Part shown: in pieces, positions 39,574 to 47,468 of the stretch
How the letters are laid out: each line of letters starts with the position of its first letter
How positions within the stretch are numbered: the first letter of the stretch is position 1
Source of the DNA: an uncultured Bacteroidota bacterium
GTDB lineage: Bacteria > Bacteroidota > Bacteroidia > Bacteroidales > WCHB1-69
Direction: 5' to 3'
Length of the DNA stretch: 64,000 nt
Assembly (NCBI GenBank): GCA_902796805.1
Contig: CADBQG010000003.1
Coordinates: 20,131-84,130 of the forward strand
Made by a program: the position numbers and the translations under genes
The notes under the pieces: model-generated
The model's input: the letters and a program-made list of their open reading frames with translations, nothing else
What the model was told of the DNA's origin: nothing
The model's database searches: none

Positions 39574-40481
39574 ATCGTGCGGTTGCTTATTTTGAAAACA
39601 TTGTCATGAACGGAACCCTCGGTGAGGCATCCGAGGCGGAAGGCGCGGTTGTCGGCGAGATGCCCTGCCGGTATGTTGAAAATCACGGGATACCCGTATT
39701 CAGAGCAGTGTTCGAGTATAATCTCCTCGGCGGTCTTCCCGAAAGGTATCGTATTGTCGTGCATGTTGTTCAGATGTCCTACAAGGAGTGCTTTAAGGTT
39801 TTTTAACTTTCCGTTTCTTTTTATGTTTAGCATCATTCTGTCAATGTGGTAGAGATATTCGTCGAGGTCTTCCAAAAGAAGCACTTTGTTGTCGGTCATG
39901 ATGTCGGATGGAGAGCCTATAAGTGAGTGTATCACCGAGATGTTGCCGCCGGTAATAGTGCCGGAGAAGTCGCCCAACCTCGACAGTTTGTGAGGTAAAA
40001 TGTTATATGAGAGTTCTTTGCCGGTGAGTGCGTCAAGCAGCGAGTTGCAAGTTTGGGAAGATGCTTCATCTCCGGTGACGTTTATGGGCATTGTGCAGTG
40101 AATGGTTGCGATGCCGAGGTTCTGCTGCACGTGGTTGTGGAACACGGTGATGTCGCTGTATCCGCATATCCATTTGGGATTTTCTGCAAATTTTGAGAAA
40201 TCCAGTCTGTCGATGATCCTTGCTGATCCATAACCGCCTCTAACGCACCAAATTGCCTGAATGTCGGCATTGTCGAGCAAATACTGGAAGTAAGTTGCCC
40301 TCAAGGAGTCGCTGCCCGCGAACTGGTTTTCTGTGGCGAAGAGCCTCTCGTCATAAAAAACGTTAAAACCGCATTTTTGCAGCCATCTTTCCGCGCAGTT
40401 TATTTCTGCGGGCGATATGCTGCGCGCGGGAGCCGCCAGTGCCACAGTGTCGTTTTCTTTCAGGTATCGCGGAGTCTTCAT
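39570..40481 (-). CDS. LD-carboxypeptidase (S66)
   Basis: RGGYGS, GYSDIT, GGN, LEDLDE, PAGH. Confidence 0.93.
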   Translation of the reverse strand: MKTPRYLKENDTVALAAPARSISPAEINCAERWLQKCGFNVFYDERLFATENQFAGSDSLRATYFQYLLDNADIQAIWCVRGGYGSARIIDRLDFSKFAENPKWICGYSDITVFHNHVQQNLGIATIHCTMPINVTGDEASSQTCNSLLDALTGKELSYNILPHKLSRLGDFSGTITGGNISVIHSLIGSPSDIMTDNKVLLLEDLDEYLYHIDRMMLNIKRNGKLKNLKALLVGHLNNMHDNTIPFGKTAEEIILEHCSEYGYPVIFNIPAGHLADNRAFRLGCLTEGSVHDNVFKISNRTI

Positions 40482-41344
40482 AGCACTATGTTGTTGGCGG
40501 CGAGGAACTCGAGGGTTGTCTCCATCAGGAGTTCCCTGTCGCGGGCGTTGTTGTAGAATCTCTTTTTGTGTGGCACCACCTCTCCTTTCTTGATTATCTT
40601 GCCGGTGACACCGGTGAATTTCGGGTCTGTGGCGGCTGCAATCATCGAGGCGGCGCCCTGTTCAGGCGTGTTGATCAGCGGTCTGAAGAAAATGTCGCAC
40701 AGTTTGTCGGCAACCCTGTTGTCGAGCCTGATGATGTTTGTGCTGACGATGTCAGGGTCCGCCGCATTGAATGTTATACCCCTCTCTTTCCATTTTTCGG
40801 AGGCGTCGAGCATGAAGTAGTAGAGAGCGAGTTTCGAGTTGCCGTATGACAGGAAGCGGTTGTAGTTCAGTTTAGTTTTCGGTTTCAGGAAGTCAGGTCT
40901 TATCCTGCCCAGCACGTAGGCTATGGATATCATGCTGACGATGCGTGTGCCATCTCCCATAATGGGCAGAAGGAGGTTTGTGAGGGTGAAGTGCCCGAGG
41001 TAGTTCACCGCCACGGTGTATTCCACGTTGTCGGCACTGGTTCTGCATTTGCTCGAGAGCACGCCGGCATTGTTGAGCAGAACCTTCAGCGAGCCGTGCC
41101 TCGACTTGACCTCGTCGCAGAAGTCCACCACCGACTTGAGGTCGGCGAGGTCAACTTGCATGAGGTGCAGTGTGCCGCCGGTCTCTTCCTGTATTCTGTC
41201 GCGCAAGGGGCGCGCCGCCTCAATGTCGTAGCAGGCCATGATCACCTCATAGCCCTTTCCGGCAAGGGCGCGGGTGTGAACCTGTCCCATGCCTCCGTCG
41301 GCGCCTGTTATGATGGCCAGGCCTTTGCCGTCTGTGCCGCCCAT
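40478..41344 (-). CDS. Short-chain dehydrogenase/reductase (retinol-DH-like)
   Basis: TGADGGMG, DLADL, NNAG, NYLGHF, YGNSK. Confidence 0.9.
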   Translation of the reverse strand: MGGTDGKGLAIITGADGGMGQVHTRALAGKGYEVIMACYDIEAARPLRDRIQEETGGTLHLMQVDLADLKSVVDFCDEVKSRHGSLKVLLNNAGVLSSKCRTSADNVEYTVAVNYLGHFTLTNLLLPIMGDGTRIVSMISIAYVLGRIRPDFLKPKTKLNYNRFLSYGNSKLALYYFMLDASEKWKERGITFNAADPDIVSTNIIRLDNRVADKLCDIFFRPLINTPEQGAASMIAAATDPKFTGVTGKIIKKGEVVPHKKRFYNNARDRELLMETTLEFLAANNIVL

Positions 41345-41347
41345 CGC

Positions 41348-41602
41348 CTACTCCTCTTCGCAGAGCAAAGTGTGTGTTATAGTCCTTGCGGAGTCAATCA
41401 GCATGGTCTCCTCCTTGTTGAAATCCTCGCACTTGTGGCGGGTGCTGTTGCTTACGGTGTCGATAGTAACCTGGATTAGCGAGTCGTTCGCGGTAATCAC
41501 GTTCTTTGAATAGCATTTGCAGTCTTTCATTCCGCAACTTGCGAGAGTAAGTGCGAAAATGGTGAAAATTGACAGTTTTGCGGTGAAATTCTTCATGTCC
41601 AT
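41348..41602 (-). CDS. Small Cys-containing lipoprotein
   Basis: Lipobox LASC, then DCKC...C...C. Tight operon spacing. Confidence 0.7.
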   Translation of the reverse strand: MDMKNFTAKLSIFTIFALTLASCGMKDCKCYSKNVITANDSLIQVTIDTVSNSTRHKCEDFNKEETMLIDSARTITHTLLCEEE

Positions 41603-41607
41603 AGTTG

Positions 41608-42036
41608 TTATTTGTTGTCTGTTTTTGAAAAAGCAAGGGCGTAGAGCTTTATTTGTTTCATCATGGAGGCAAGTCCGTTTGAGCGGGTGGGGGAGAGGTG
41701 TTCCTTGAGACCGATCTTGTCGATGTATGACAGGTCGTTGTCGAGGATTTCCTGGGGTGTGTGGCCGGAAAGAACCCTTATGAGCAGGTTCACGATGCCC
41801 TTTGTTATGATGGCGTCGCTGTCGGCGGTGAAGTATAGTTTGCCGCCGGAAAACTCAGGATGCAGCCACACTTGCGACTGGCAGCCGCTTATCAGGAACT
41901 GTTCTGTCTTGAACTGTGGGTCGATTTTTGGGAGTTCCTTGCCGATTTCTATGATGTAGTTGTATTTGTCCATCCAATCGTCAAACAATTCAAATTCGCT
42001 TATCAAGGCTTCTTCTGCCTCTTTCATCGTATTCAT
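41608..42036 (-). CDS. sufE: SufE family sulfur acceptor
   Basis: GCQSQVW, ADSDA.I.KG, HLSPTRSNGL. Confidence 0.94.
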   Translation of the reverse strand: MNTMKEAEEALISEFELFDDWMDKYNYIIEIGKELPKIDPQFKTEQFLISGCQSQVWLHPEFSGGKLYFTADSDAIITKGIVNLLIRVLSGHTPQEILDNDLSYIDKIGLKEHLSPTRSNGLASMMKQIKLYALAFSKTDNK

Positions 42037-42067
42037 AATCAATTGCTTATTTTTAATTGTGAAAAAA

Positions 42068-42538
42068 TCAAGGTTGTTCTTTTTTCCAAGTAGTGATGAA
42101 CGACATTACTGGAGAAATAGTGCGGTAAGCCACAGAATTTTCTTTAGTCTCTTTCTTTATTACTGTGCAGTTGCTGTCAACGGTGTCGATGAAATAGAAC
42201 AGGGCTGCAAAAACGACCACAACTTTGGCGACACCGAATATTACGCCGAGGGCTTTGTCGATGAATTCGGAGAATATGGGCTTGAGCATTCTTTTGAGTA
42301 CACCTCCGAGAAGGTTCACGAGCAGGAGTATCACTATGAAGCAGAGCAGGAAAGAGATGGGTTTTGCCATGATTTTGCCTGTAATCCATGTTACCACAAG
42401 GTCGGAGAACTTGAAAGAGACGAACAGGCCGAGGAAGATGGCGCAGAGGGAGATAACCTCCTGAAGGAAGCCGTTCTTAAGTCCTTTGTATGCGAACCAG
42501 CAGGCCGGTATGAGAACGATGATGTCAATCCAGTTCAT
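42068..42538 (-). CDS. cvpA: CvpA family membrane protein
   Basis: MNWIDII...G..NGF..E, DKALG.IFG. Confidence 0.88.
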   Translation of the reverse strand: MNWIDIIVLIPACWFAYKGLKNGFLQEVISLCAIFLGLFVSFKFSDLVVTWITGKIMAKPISFLLCFIVILLLVNLLGGVLKRMLKPIFSEFIDKALGVIFGVAKVVVVFAALFYFIDTVDSNCTVIKKETKENSVAYRTISPVMSFITTWKKEQP

Positions 42539-42541
42539 GAT

Positions 42542-43288
42542 TTATTTTTTAAGGCGTTGTACAAGAGGCTGGGCGAAGATGAAGTCGTTGAGCACGGGGT
42601 TGTCGGAGGCAAGCACATTGCTGCTGTTGCCGGTCCATTCCAGGCGGCCCTGGTAGATGAAGGAGATGGTTTCGCCGATGGTTATTATTGAGTTCATGTC
42701 GTGAGTGTTCACTACGGTGGTGGTGTTGAAGTCGTGGGTTATCTTGGTGATGAGTTCGTCGATGAGGAGCGAGGTTTTGGGGTCGAGGCCGGAGTTGGGC
42801 TCGTCGAAGAAGAGGTATTTGGGGTTGCAGGCGAGTGCGCGGGCAATGGCGGCGCGCTTTTTCATTCCGCCGCTAAGTTCGGCCGGGTAAAGCCTGTTGA
42901 TGTTCTGCAGGTCGACGCATTCCAGGCAGAAGTCCACCCTGTCCCTTTTCTCCCCTTCGCCCTGCTGCGTGAACATGTCGAGGGGGAACGCCACGTTTTC
43001 CTCGATGGTCATGGAGTCGAAGAGAGCCGAGCCCTGGAACACCATCCCCATCTCGGCACGGAGATGCTGTTTCTCGCCGTCGGGCATGTTGTGGAACTCG
43101 CGCCCGCTGTACAGCACCTTTCCCTCTTCTGGCGCGTGCAGGCCCACTAAACACTTCATCAGCACTGTTTTTCCGGAACCCGAGCGTCCAATGATAAGGT
43201 TGACTTTACCCTCCTCAAAATTTGTGTTTATGCTGTGAAGGACTTGCTTTTCGCCGAAATATTTTGAAACATCGCAAACTTCTATCAT
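42542..43288 (-). CDS. mlaF: MlaF-type ABC transporter ATPase
   Basis: GRSGSGKT, FQGSALFDS, LSGGMKKR, DEPNSGLDP, THD. Confidence 0.88.
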   Translation of the reverse strand: MIEVCDVSKYFGEKQVLHSINTNFEEGKVNLIIGRSGSGKTVLMKCLVGLHAPEEGKVLYSGREFHNMPDGEKQHLRAEMGMVFQGSALFDSMTIEENVAFPLDMFTQQGEGEKRDRVDFCLECVDLQNINRLYPAELSGGMKKRAAIARALACNPKYLFFDEPNSGLDPKTSLLIDELITKITHDFNTTTVVNTHDMNSIITIGETISFIYQGRLEWTGNSSNVLASDNPVLNDFIFAQPLVQRLKK

Positions 43289-43292
43289 CTTG

Positions 43293-44036
43293 TCAGAGCA
43301 TTAGGTTAGTGATAACAACGTTGAGTATCAATATGATGAAACTTGATACAATAATACCTTGGGTGCTCGCCTTTCCCAGTTCCAGGGCGCCGCCCTCAAT
43401 CTTGTACCCGTAGAACGACGACACCGTCGACATCACGAAGGCGAAGATCGTGGTTTTGGTGACTGCGTAGATGACGTCGTAGACCCGGAAGCAGTACGTG
43501 AGGCCGTCGATGTAGTTGTAGGTGGACACGCAGTCGGTGATCCAAACGGTGAGGAAACCTCCCACCAGCGCGAAGGCGATGCTGAAGATGCAAAGCACGG
43601 GGTTGACAATCACGGAGGCAGAAACCTTCGGAAGCACGAGGTACGAAGCCGGGTTTATGCCCATGACTTCCAGTGCGTCGATTTGCTCGGTAACGCGCAT
43701 GCTTCCAATCTCGGCGGTGATGCGCGAACCGATGTTGCCCACAAGCAGCAGGCTGAGGATTGTGGGGCAGAGCTCCATCACTATTGAGGTTCTTGCAGTG
43801 AAGCCCACCGTCCATGAGGGAATCCAACTGCTCTCTATCTGGAGGGCGGTCTGGAGCGTTATAACACTTCCCATGGCAACTGACACTATGCTGACAATCA
43901 GCATTGAGCCTATGCCCATTGTGTCCATCTCGAAAACCAGCTTCTTGAAAAACACAGACCATTTTGCTGGTTTTGAGAAAACCTTCTTCAGGAAGATGAA
44001 ATAATCCCCTATGGTTACTAATCCTTTGAAGAGCAT
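43293..44036 (-). CDS. mlaE: MlaE-type ABC permease
   Basis: GSRITAEIGSMRVTEQIDALEVMG, GGALELGKAST. Confidence 0.9.
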   Translation of the reverse strand: MLFKGLVTIGDYFIFLKKVFSKPAKWSVFFKKLVFEMDTMGIGSMLIVSIVSVAMGSVITLQTALQIESSWIPSWTVGFTARTSIVMELCPTILSLLLVGNIGSRITAEIGSMRVTEQIDALEVMGINPASYLVLPKVSASVIVNPVLCIFSIAFALVGGFLTVWITDCVSTYNYIDGLTYCFRVYDVIYAVTKTTIFAFVMSTVSSFYGYKIEGGALELGKASTQGIIVSSFIILILNVVITNLML

Positions 44037-44060
44037 TGTGGCGGTTTTTGTGATGAGGTG

Positions 44061-44357
44061 TCAGAAGAGGCCGAGTTCTATTTTGGCCGCGTCGGTCATT
44101 CTGTCCATTGTCCACGGCGGGTCGAAGGTTACATCAACGACGGCCTTGTTGACACCCGGGATCATCGAAACGCGCGTTTGGACTTCCATGGGGAGGCTTT
44201 CGGCCACGGGGCAGTTCGGGGCGGTCAGGGTCATGAGTATGTACACGTCATTGTTCTTGTTAACCTCCAACTTGTATATGAAACCCAGTTCCCAGATGTT
44301 GACCGGGATTTCAGGGTCGTATATCGAACTCAGAACTTCTATTATCTTGGTCTTCAT
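44061..44357 (-). CDS. sufT: SufT/DUF59 Fe-S assembly protein
   Basis: YDPEIPVNIWELG, MTLTAPNCP, FDPPW. Confidence 0.9.
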   Translation of the reverse strand: MKTKIIEVLSSIYDPEIPVNIWELGFIYKLEVNKNNDVYILMTLTAPNCPVAESLPMEVQTRVSMIPGVNKAVVDVTFDPPWTMDRMTDAAKIELGLF

Positions 44358-44363
44358 ATTGTG

Positions 44364-45299
44364 TTAATTTAAAGCTTTCTCTCTCAACGAGCTGAAACCG
44401 TCTCCCAGAATCTCGGAGGCGTCTATGATGGTGACAAAAGCGTTGCTGTCGATTTCATGTATGTGATGTATCAGGTTTGGCAGTTCCTTGCTCGAAATGG
44501 ATGTGAATATTATTTTTTTCTCGTCATGGTTGTACATGCCTTCGCCTTTGAGGTAAGTGCCGCCTCTTCCCATTTCCTCGATAATGCGCTTGCGAATCAC
44601 GTCGTGCTTCTCGGAGACTATCAGCAGTGCCTTGTTGGAACGGAAACCTCCTATCACTTTGTCCATCACAACGCCGGTGACATAAATCACAAGCCACGAG
44701 TAAAGCGGTATTGTCCAGTCTTTGAACGTGGCCAGCGCTATAAGCACTATGGTTGAGTCAACGAATATGAGAATAGTTCCTAATGGTATGTGTTTCAGAT
44801 ATTTGCCTATGATCATTGCTATGATGTCGGTGCCGCCGGAGGTTGCGCGCGACTTGAAAACAAGTCCAAGCCCAATGCCGATGATCACACCTCCGAAAAG
44901 TGCGAGAATGAACACGGAGGAGGGGTCGGGGGTCATGGGGTTGCCGGGCACGGAGATGAGCGGGGCATAGCCGTAAATTTTTTCCCAAAACGATATGAAA
45001 GCGGGCAGGGTGATGACACCAACAAGGGTTTTCGCACCGAATTTGGGGCCCAGCCACAGAGTCCCGATTATCAGCAAGGGAAGGTCAAGGCAGATGCCCG
45101 ACAAGCCTATGGGGAAGTTGAAGACGTGGTGCAAAATGATGGCGATGCCATAAACGCCGCCCGGGGCGAGTTTCAACGGAGAGATGAAGACAACAAATCC
45201 TATCGACATTATGAATGTACCCAGGATAATCAAGGAATATGTCTTGATTACGTCAGTCTTCTGCTTATCTGTAAGTTTCTTTATTTTTTCAAGTGCCAT
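44364..45299 (-). CDS. YitT family membrane protein
   Basis: APGGVYG, ATSGGTD, RGGT...GEG.Y, IDSNAF...G.GF. Confidence 0.88.
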   Translation of the reverse strand: MALEKIKKLTDKQKTDVIKTYSLIILGTFIMSIGFVVFISPLKLAPGGVYGIAIILHHVFNFPIGLSGICLDLPLLIIGTLWLGPKFGAKTLVGVITLPAFISFWEKIYGYAPLISVPGNPMTPDPSSVFILALFGGVIIGIGLGLVFKSRATSGGTDIIAMIIGKYLKHIPLGTILIFVDSTIVLIALATFKDWTIPLYSWLVIYVTGVVMDKVIGGFRSNKALLIVSEKHDVIRKRIIEEMGRGGTYLKGEGMYNHDEKKIIFTSISSKELPNLIHHIHEIDSNAFVTIIDASEILGDGFSSLREKALN

Positions 45300-45305
45300 G
45301 ATGGT

Positions 45306-47315
45306 TTATTTGCTTACAACCCTGTTGAGAAGTGCCGAAATTGCTGATTTTGACTTGTTTATCAGACTGATTTGGTGAAGACCAATGTTCACACTCTCTT
45401 CGGGTAAGTCGTTGTTGCTGATGATTTGTTGTATTTTTTCCGCCTCTTGTTCCAACATTCGGAGCTTGTGGTTCAGGATCACGTTCTGCACCATCGTCTG
45501 CAATGTCCTGATGTTGTTGCGCGTGGTGTGGGTATAGACTTCATATTTCTTGATCCAGCGGTCGCTGAATTTGGGTTCCTCCTTGAGGAGGTTCTTTATC
45601 ACAAAATCGCTGATTTCAGGTTCGTCATAGTTTGTGAAGTTGCGGATAATCTGTTCTTGGTCAAGAATATAAGAAGCCCAGTCGGTGTAAAGTTCAAAGA
45701 TTTTCCCGAGTATTTTGTAGTGGAAAGCGATTTCACCGTTCTGGATCTGGTCGCACACAAGCTGGTCGATGCGTATGGGCACGGGAGTGTCCCCGTCCTC
45801 TTTTTCCACAAAGATCTCGATGTTGCCGTGGTTGATGAGCAGCGACAGAATGTCTTTCTCAGATTCGAACAGGAGGTCGGTGTGTGTTTCCTGTTGCGGC
45901 TGCGCGGTTTCTATGAGTTGGGGGTCAGCTGTGGCTGTCCCGGGCGCGCTGTGCTGAGTTGCGGCCTCACCGGCGTTCCTGCCTCGGGGGTTCTGCTCCT
46001 TGATTTTGTTCCATACGTAGCGGCGTAGGTTGAGGTTGAGGTCGTTTTCCGACAGTCCGAACATTCTCGCGCACTCCTTCACATAAAAGGCGCGTTCGAT
46101 GTTGTCTTTCACGCAGCTTATGGACTTCAATATCTCGTTGACCATGCCGGCGCGCTTTATGGGGTCAGTGCCTGCCTCTTCCGACAAGATTCCCGCCTTG
46201 AAAAGGAGAAAGTCTTTCGATTCCTTCTCAAGGTATTCCTGCAACTCGCTGTCTCTGTGTTTCTTTGCGAACGAATCAGGATCCTCGCCGTCGGGGAGCA
46301 GGCATACCCGAATCTTCAAGTCGTTCTCCAAAAGCATGTCGATGCCCCGCATGGAAGCCTTGATTCCGGCGCGGTCGCCGTCGTAAAGCACCGTTATGTT
46401 CTTCGTCCGCTTCGAGATCATCCGTATCTGGCCAGTGGTGAGCGAGGTGCCGGAGGAGGCAACCACGTTCTCGATGCCCGATTCGTGCATTGATATTACG
46501 TCGGTGTAGCCCTCCACAAGATAGACGTTGTCTTTTTTGTGAATGGAGTTCTTGGCGTGGAAGATGCCGTACAGAGTGTCGCTTTTGTGGTAAATGGTGT
46601 TCTCGCGCGAGTTGACGTATTTTCGAGGGTCTTTTGAGTCCTTTTTAAGTATTCTGCCGCCAAAGCCGATGACTTTCCCGGCGTCGTTGTGGATGGGGAA
46701 GATCACCCTCCCGCGGTAGATGTCGTAGAGTTTGCCGCTCTGTGACTTCCCCGTGAGCCCGAGTTCGATGAGGTACTCCTCCTTGTAGCCCTGTCTGAGC
46801 GCCTCCTGCGTGAAAGAGTCCCATGATTCGGGACAGTATCCGAGCCTGAACTTGTCAATGGTTGCGTTCATGAAGCCACGCTCCTTAAGGTACGACATTC
46901 CTATCAGTTTGCCCTCCTCGGTGTTCCTCAGCTGGTCGAAGAAAAACTTCTCTGCGAATTCGTTCACCACGAACAGGCTTTCGCGCAGGGAGCGCTCCCT
47001 GCGCTCCTCCTCGCTTTCAGTATTCTCGTACTCGAGCTGGATGCTGTATTTCTTCGCCAGGTACTCGATGGCCTCTGGATACGACATCTTCTCGTGCTCC
47101 ATCAGGAACTTCACGGAATTCCCGGCCGCGTCGCACACAAAGCACTTGTAAATCCCAAGCCTGGGACTCACATGAAGCGACGGGTTCTTGTCGTCGTGGA
47201 AGGGGCAAATGCCCACGAAATCGCGCCCTTGCTTGCGCAAGGAGACGAAGTCGCCGACAACCTCCTCAATCTGTGTCGCCGAAAGCACACTGTCTATTGA
47301 CTTCTGTTTTATCAC
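45306..47315 (-). CDS. dnaG: DNA primase
   Basis: CPFHDDKNPS...CFVC zinc finger, GFGGR, KYVNS, VEGYTDV, YDGD.AG, DPD. GTG start proposed at 47315. Confidence 0.96.
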   Translation of the reverse strand: MIKQKSIDSVLSATQIEEVVGDFVSLRKQGRDFVGICPFHDDKNPSLHVSPRLGIYKCFVCDAAGNSVKFLMEHEKMSYPEAIEYLAKKYSIQLEYENTESEEERRERSLRESLFVVNEFAEKFFFDQLRNTEEGKLIGMSYLKERGFMNATIDKFRLGYCPESWDSFTQEALRQGYKEEYLIELGLTGKSQSGKLYDIYRGRVIFPIHNDAGKVIGFGGRILKKDSKDPRKYVNSRENTIYHKSDTLYGIFHAKNSIHKKDNVYLVEGYTDVISMHESGIENVVASSGTSLTTGQIRMISKRTKNITVLYDGDRAGIKASMRGIDMLLENDLKIRVCLLPDGEDPDSFAKKHRDSELQEYLEKESKDFLLFKAGILSEEAGTDPIKRAGMVNEILKSISCVKDNIERAFYVKECARMFGLSENDLNLNLRRYVWNKIKEQNPRGRNAGEAATQHSAPGTATADPQLIETAQPQQETHTDLLFESEKDILSLLINHGNIEIFVEKEDGDTPVPIRIDQLVCDQIQNGEIAFHYKILGKIFELYTDWASYILDQEQIIRNFTNYDEPEISDFVIKNLLKEEPKFSDRWIKKYEVYTHTTRNNIRTLQTMVQNVILNHKLRMLEQEAEKIQQIISNNDLPEESVNIGLHQISLINKSKSAISALLNRVVSK

Positions 47316-47320
47316 AGCCG

Positions 47321-47328
47321 CAAAGATA
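47321..47328 (-). promoter_or_regulatory. -7 element (TATCTTTG) for dnaG operon
   Basis: TAnnTTTG only 5 nt upstream of the proposed GTG. Confidence 0.65.
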
Positions 47329-47394
47329 CTCTTTTTATCGTTGCACGGCAAAACTTGTGTGGGCATTGTGAAAAGTCCAGGATTGCAAGACATT

Positions 47395-47426
47395 AAAAAA
47401 GTCCCGTTAATGAAAGCGGGACTTTT
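47395..47426 (-). terminator. Intrinsic terminator after T9SS protein gene
   Basis: AAAAGTCCCG...CGGGACTTTT hairpin with a T6 tail on the minus strand. Confidence 0.8.
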
Positions 47427-47468
47427 CGGAACCGTTGTGGTTCCGGGTTGAAAGTATAAGTGCAAGTG

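Noticed and set aside
47316-47465. N-terminal extensions in the ORF track (dnaG; also tilS, ribD, mrp, lptF/G, HIT, ptb, 12894..14111)
   Set aside because: The extensions overlap promoters, terminators or neighbouring genes and precede the family-typical N-termini.
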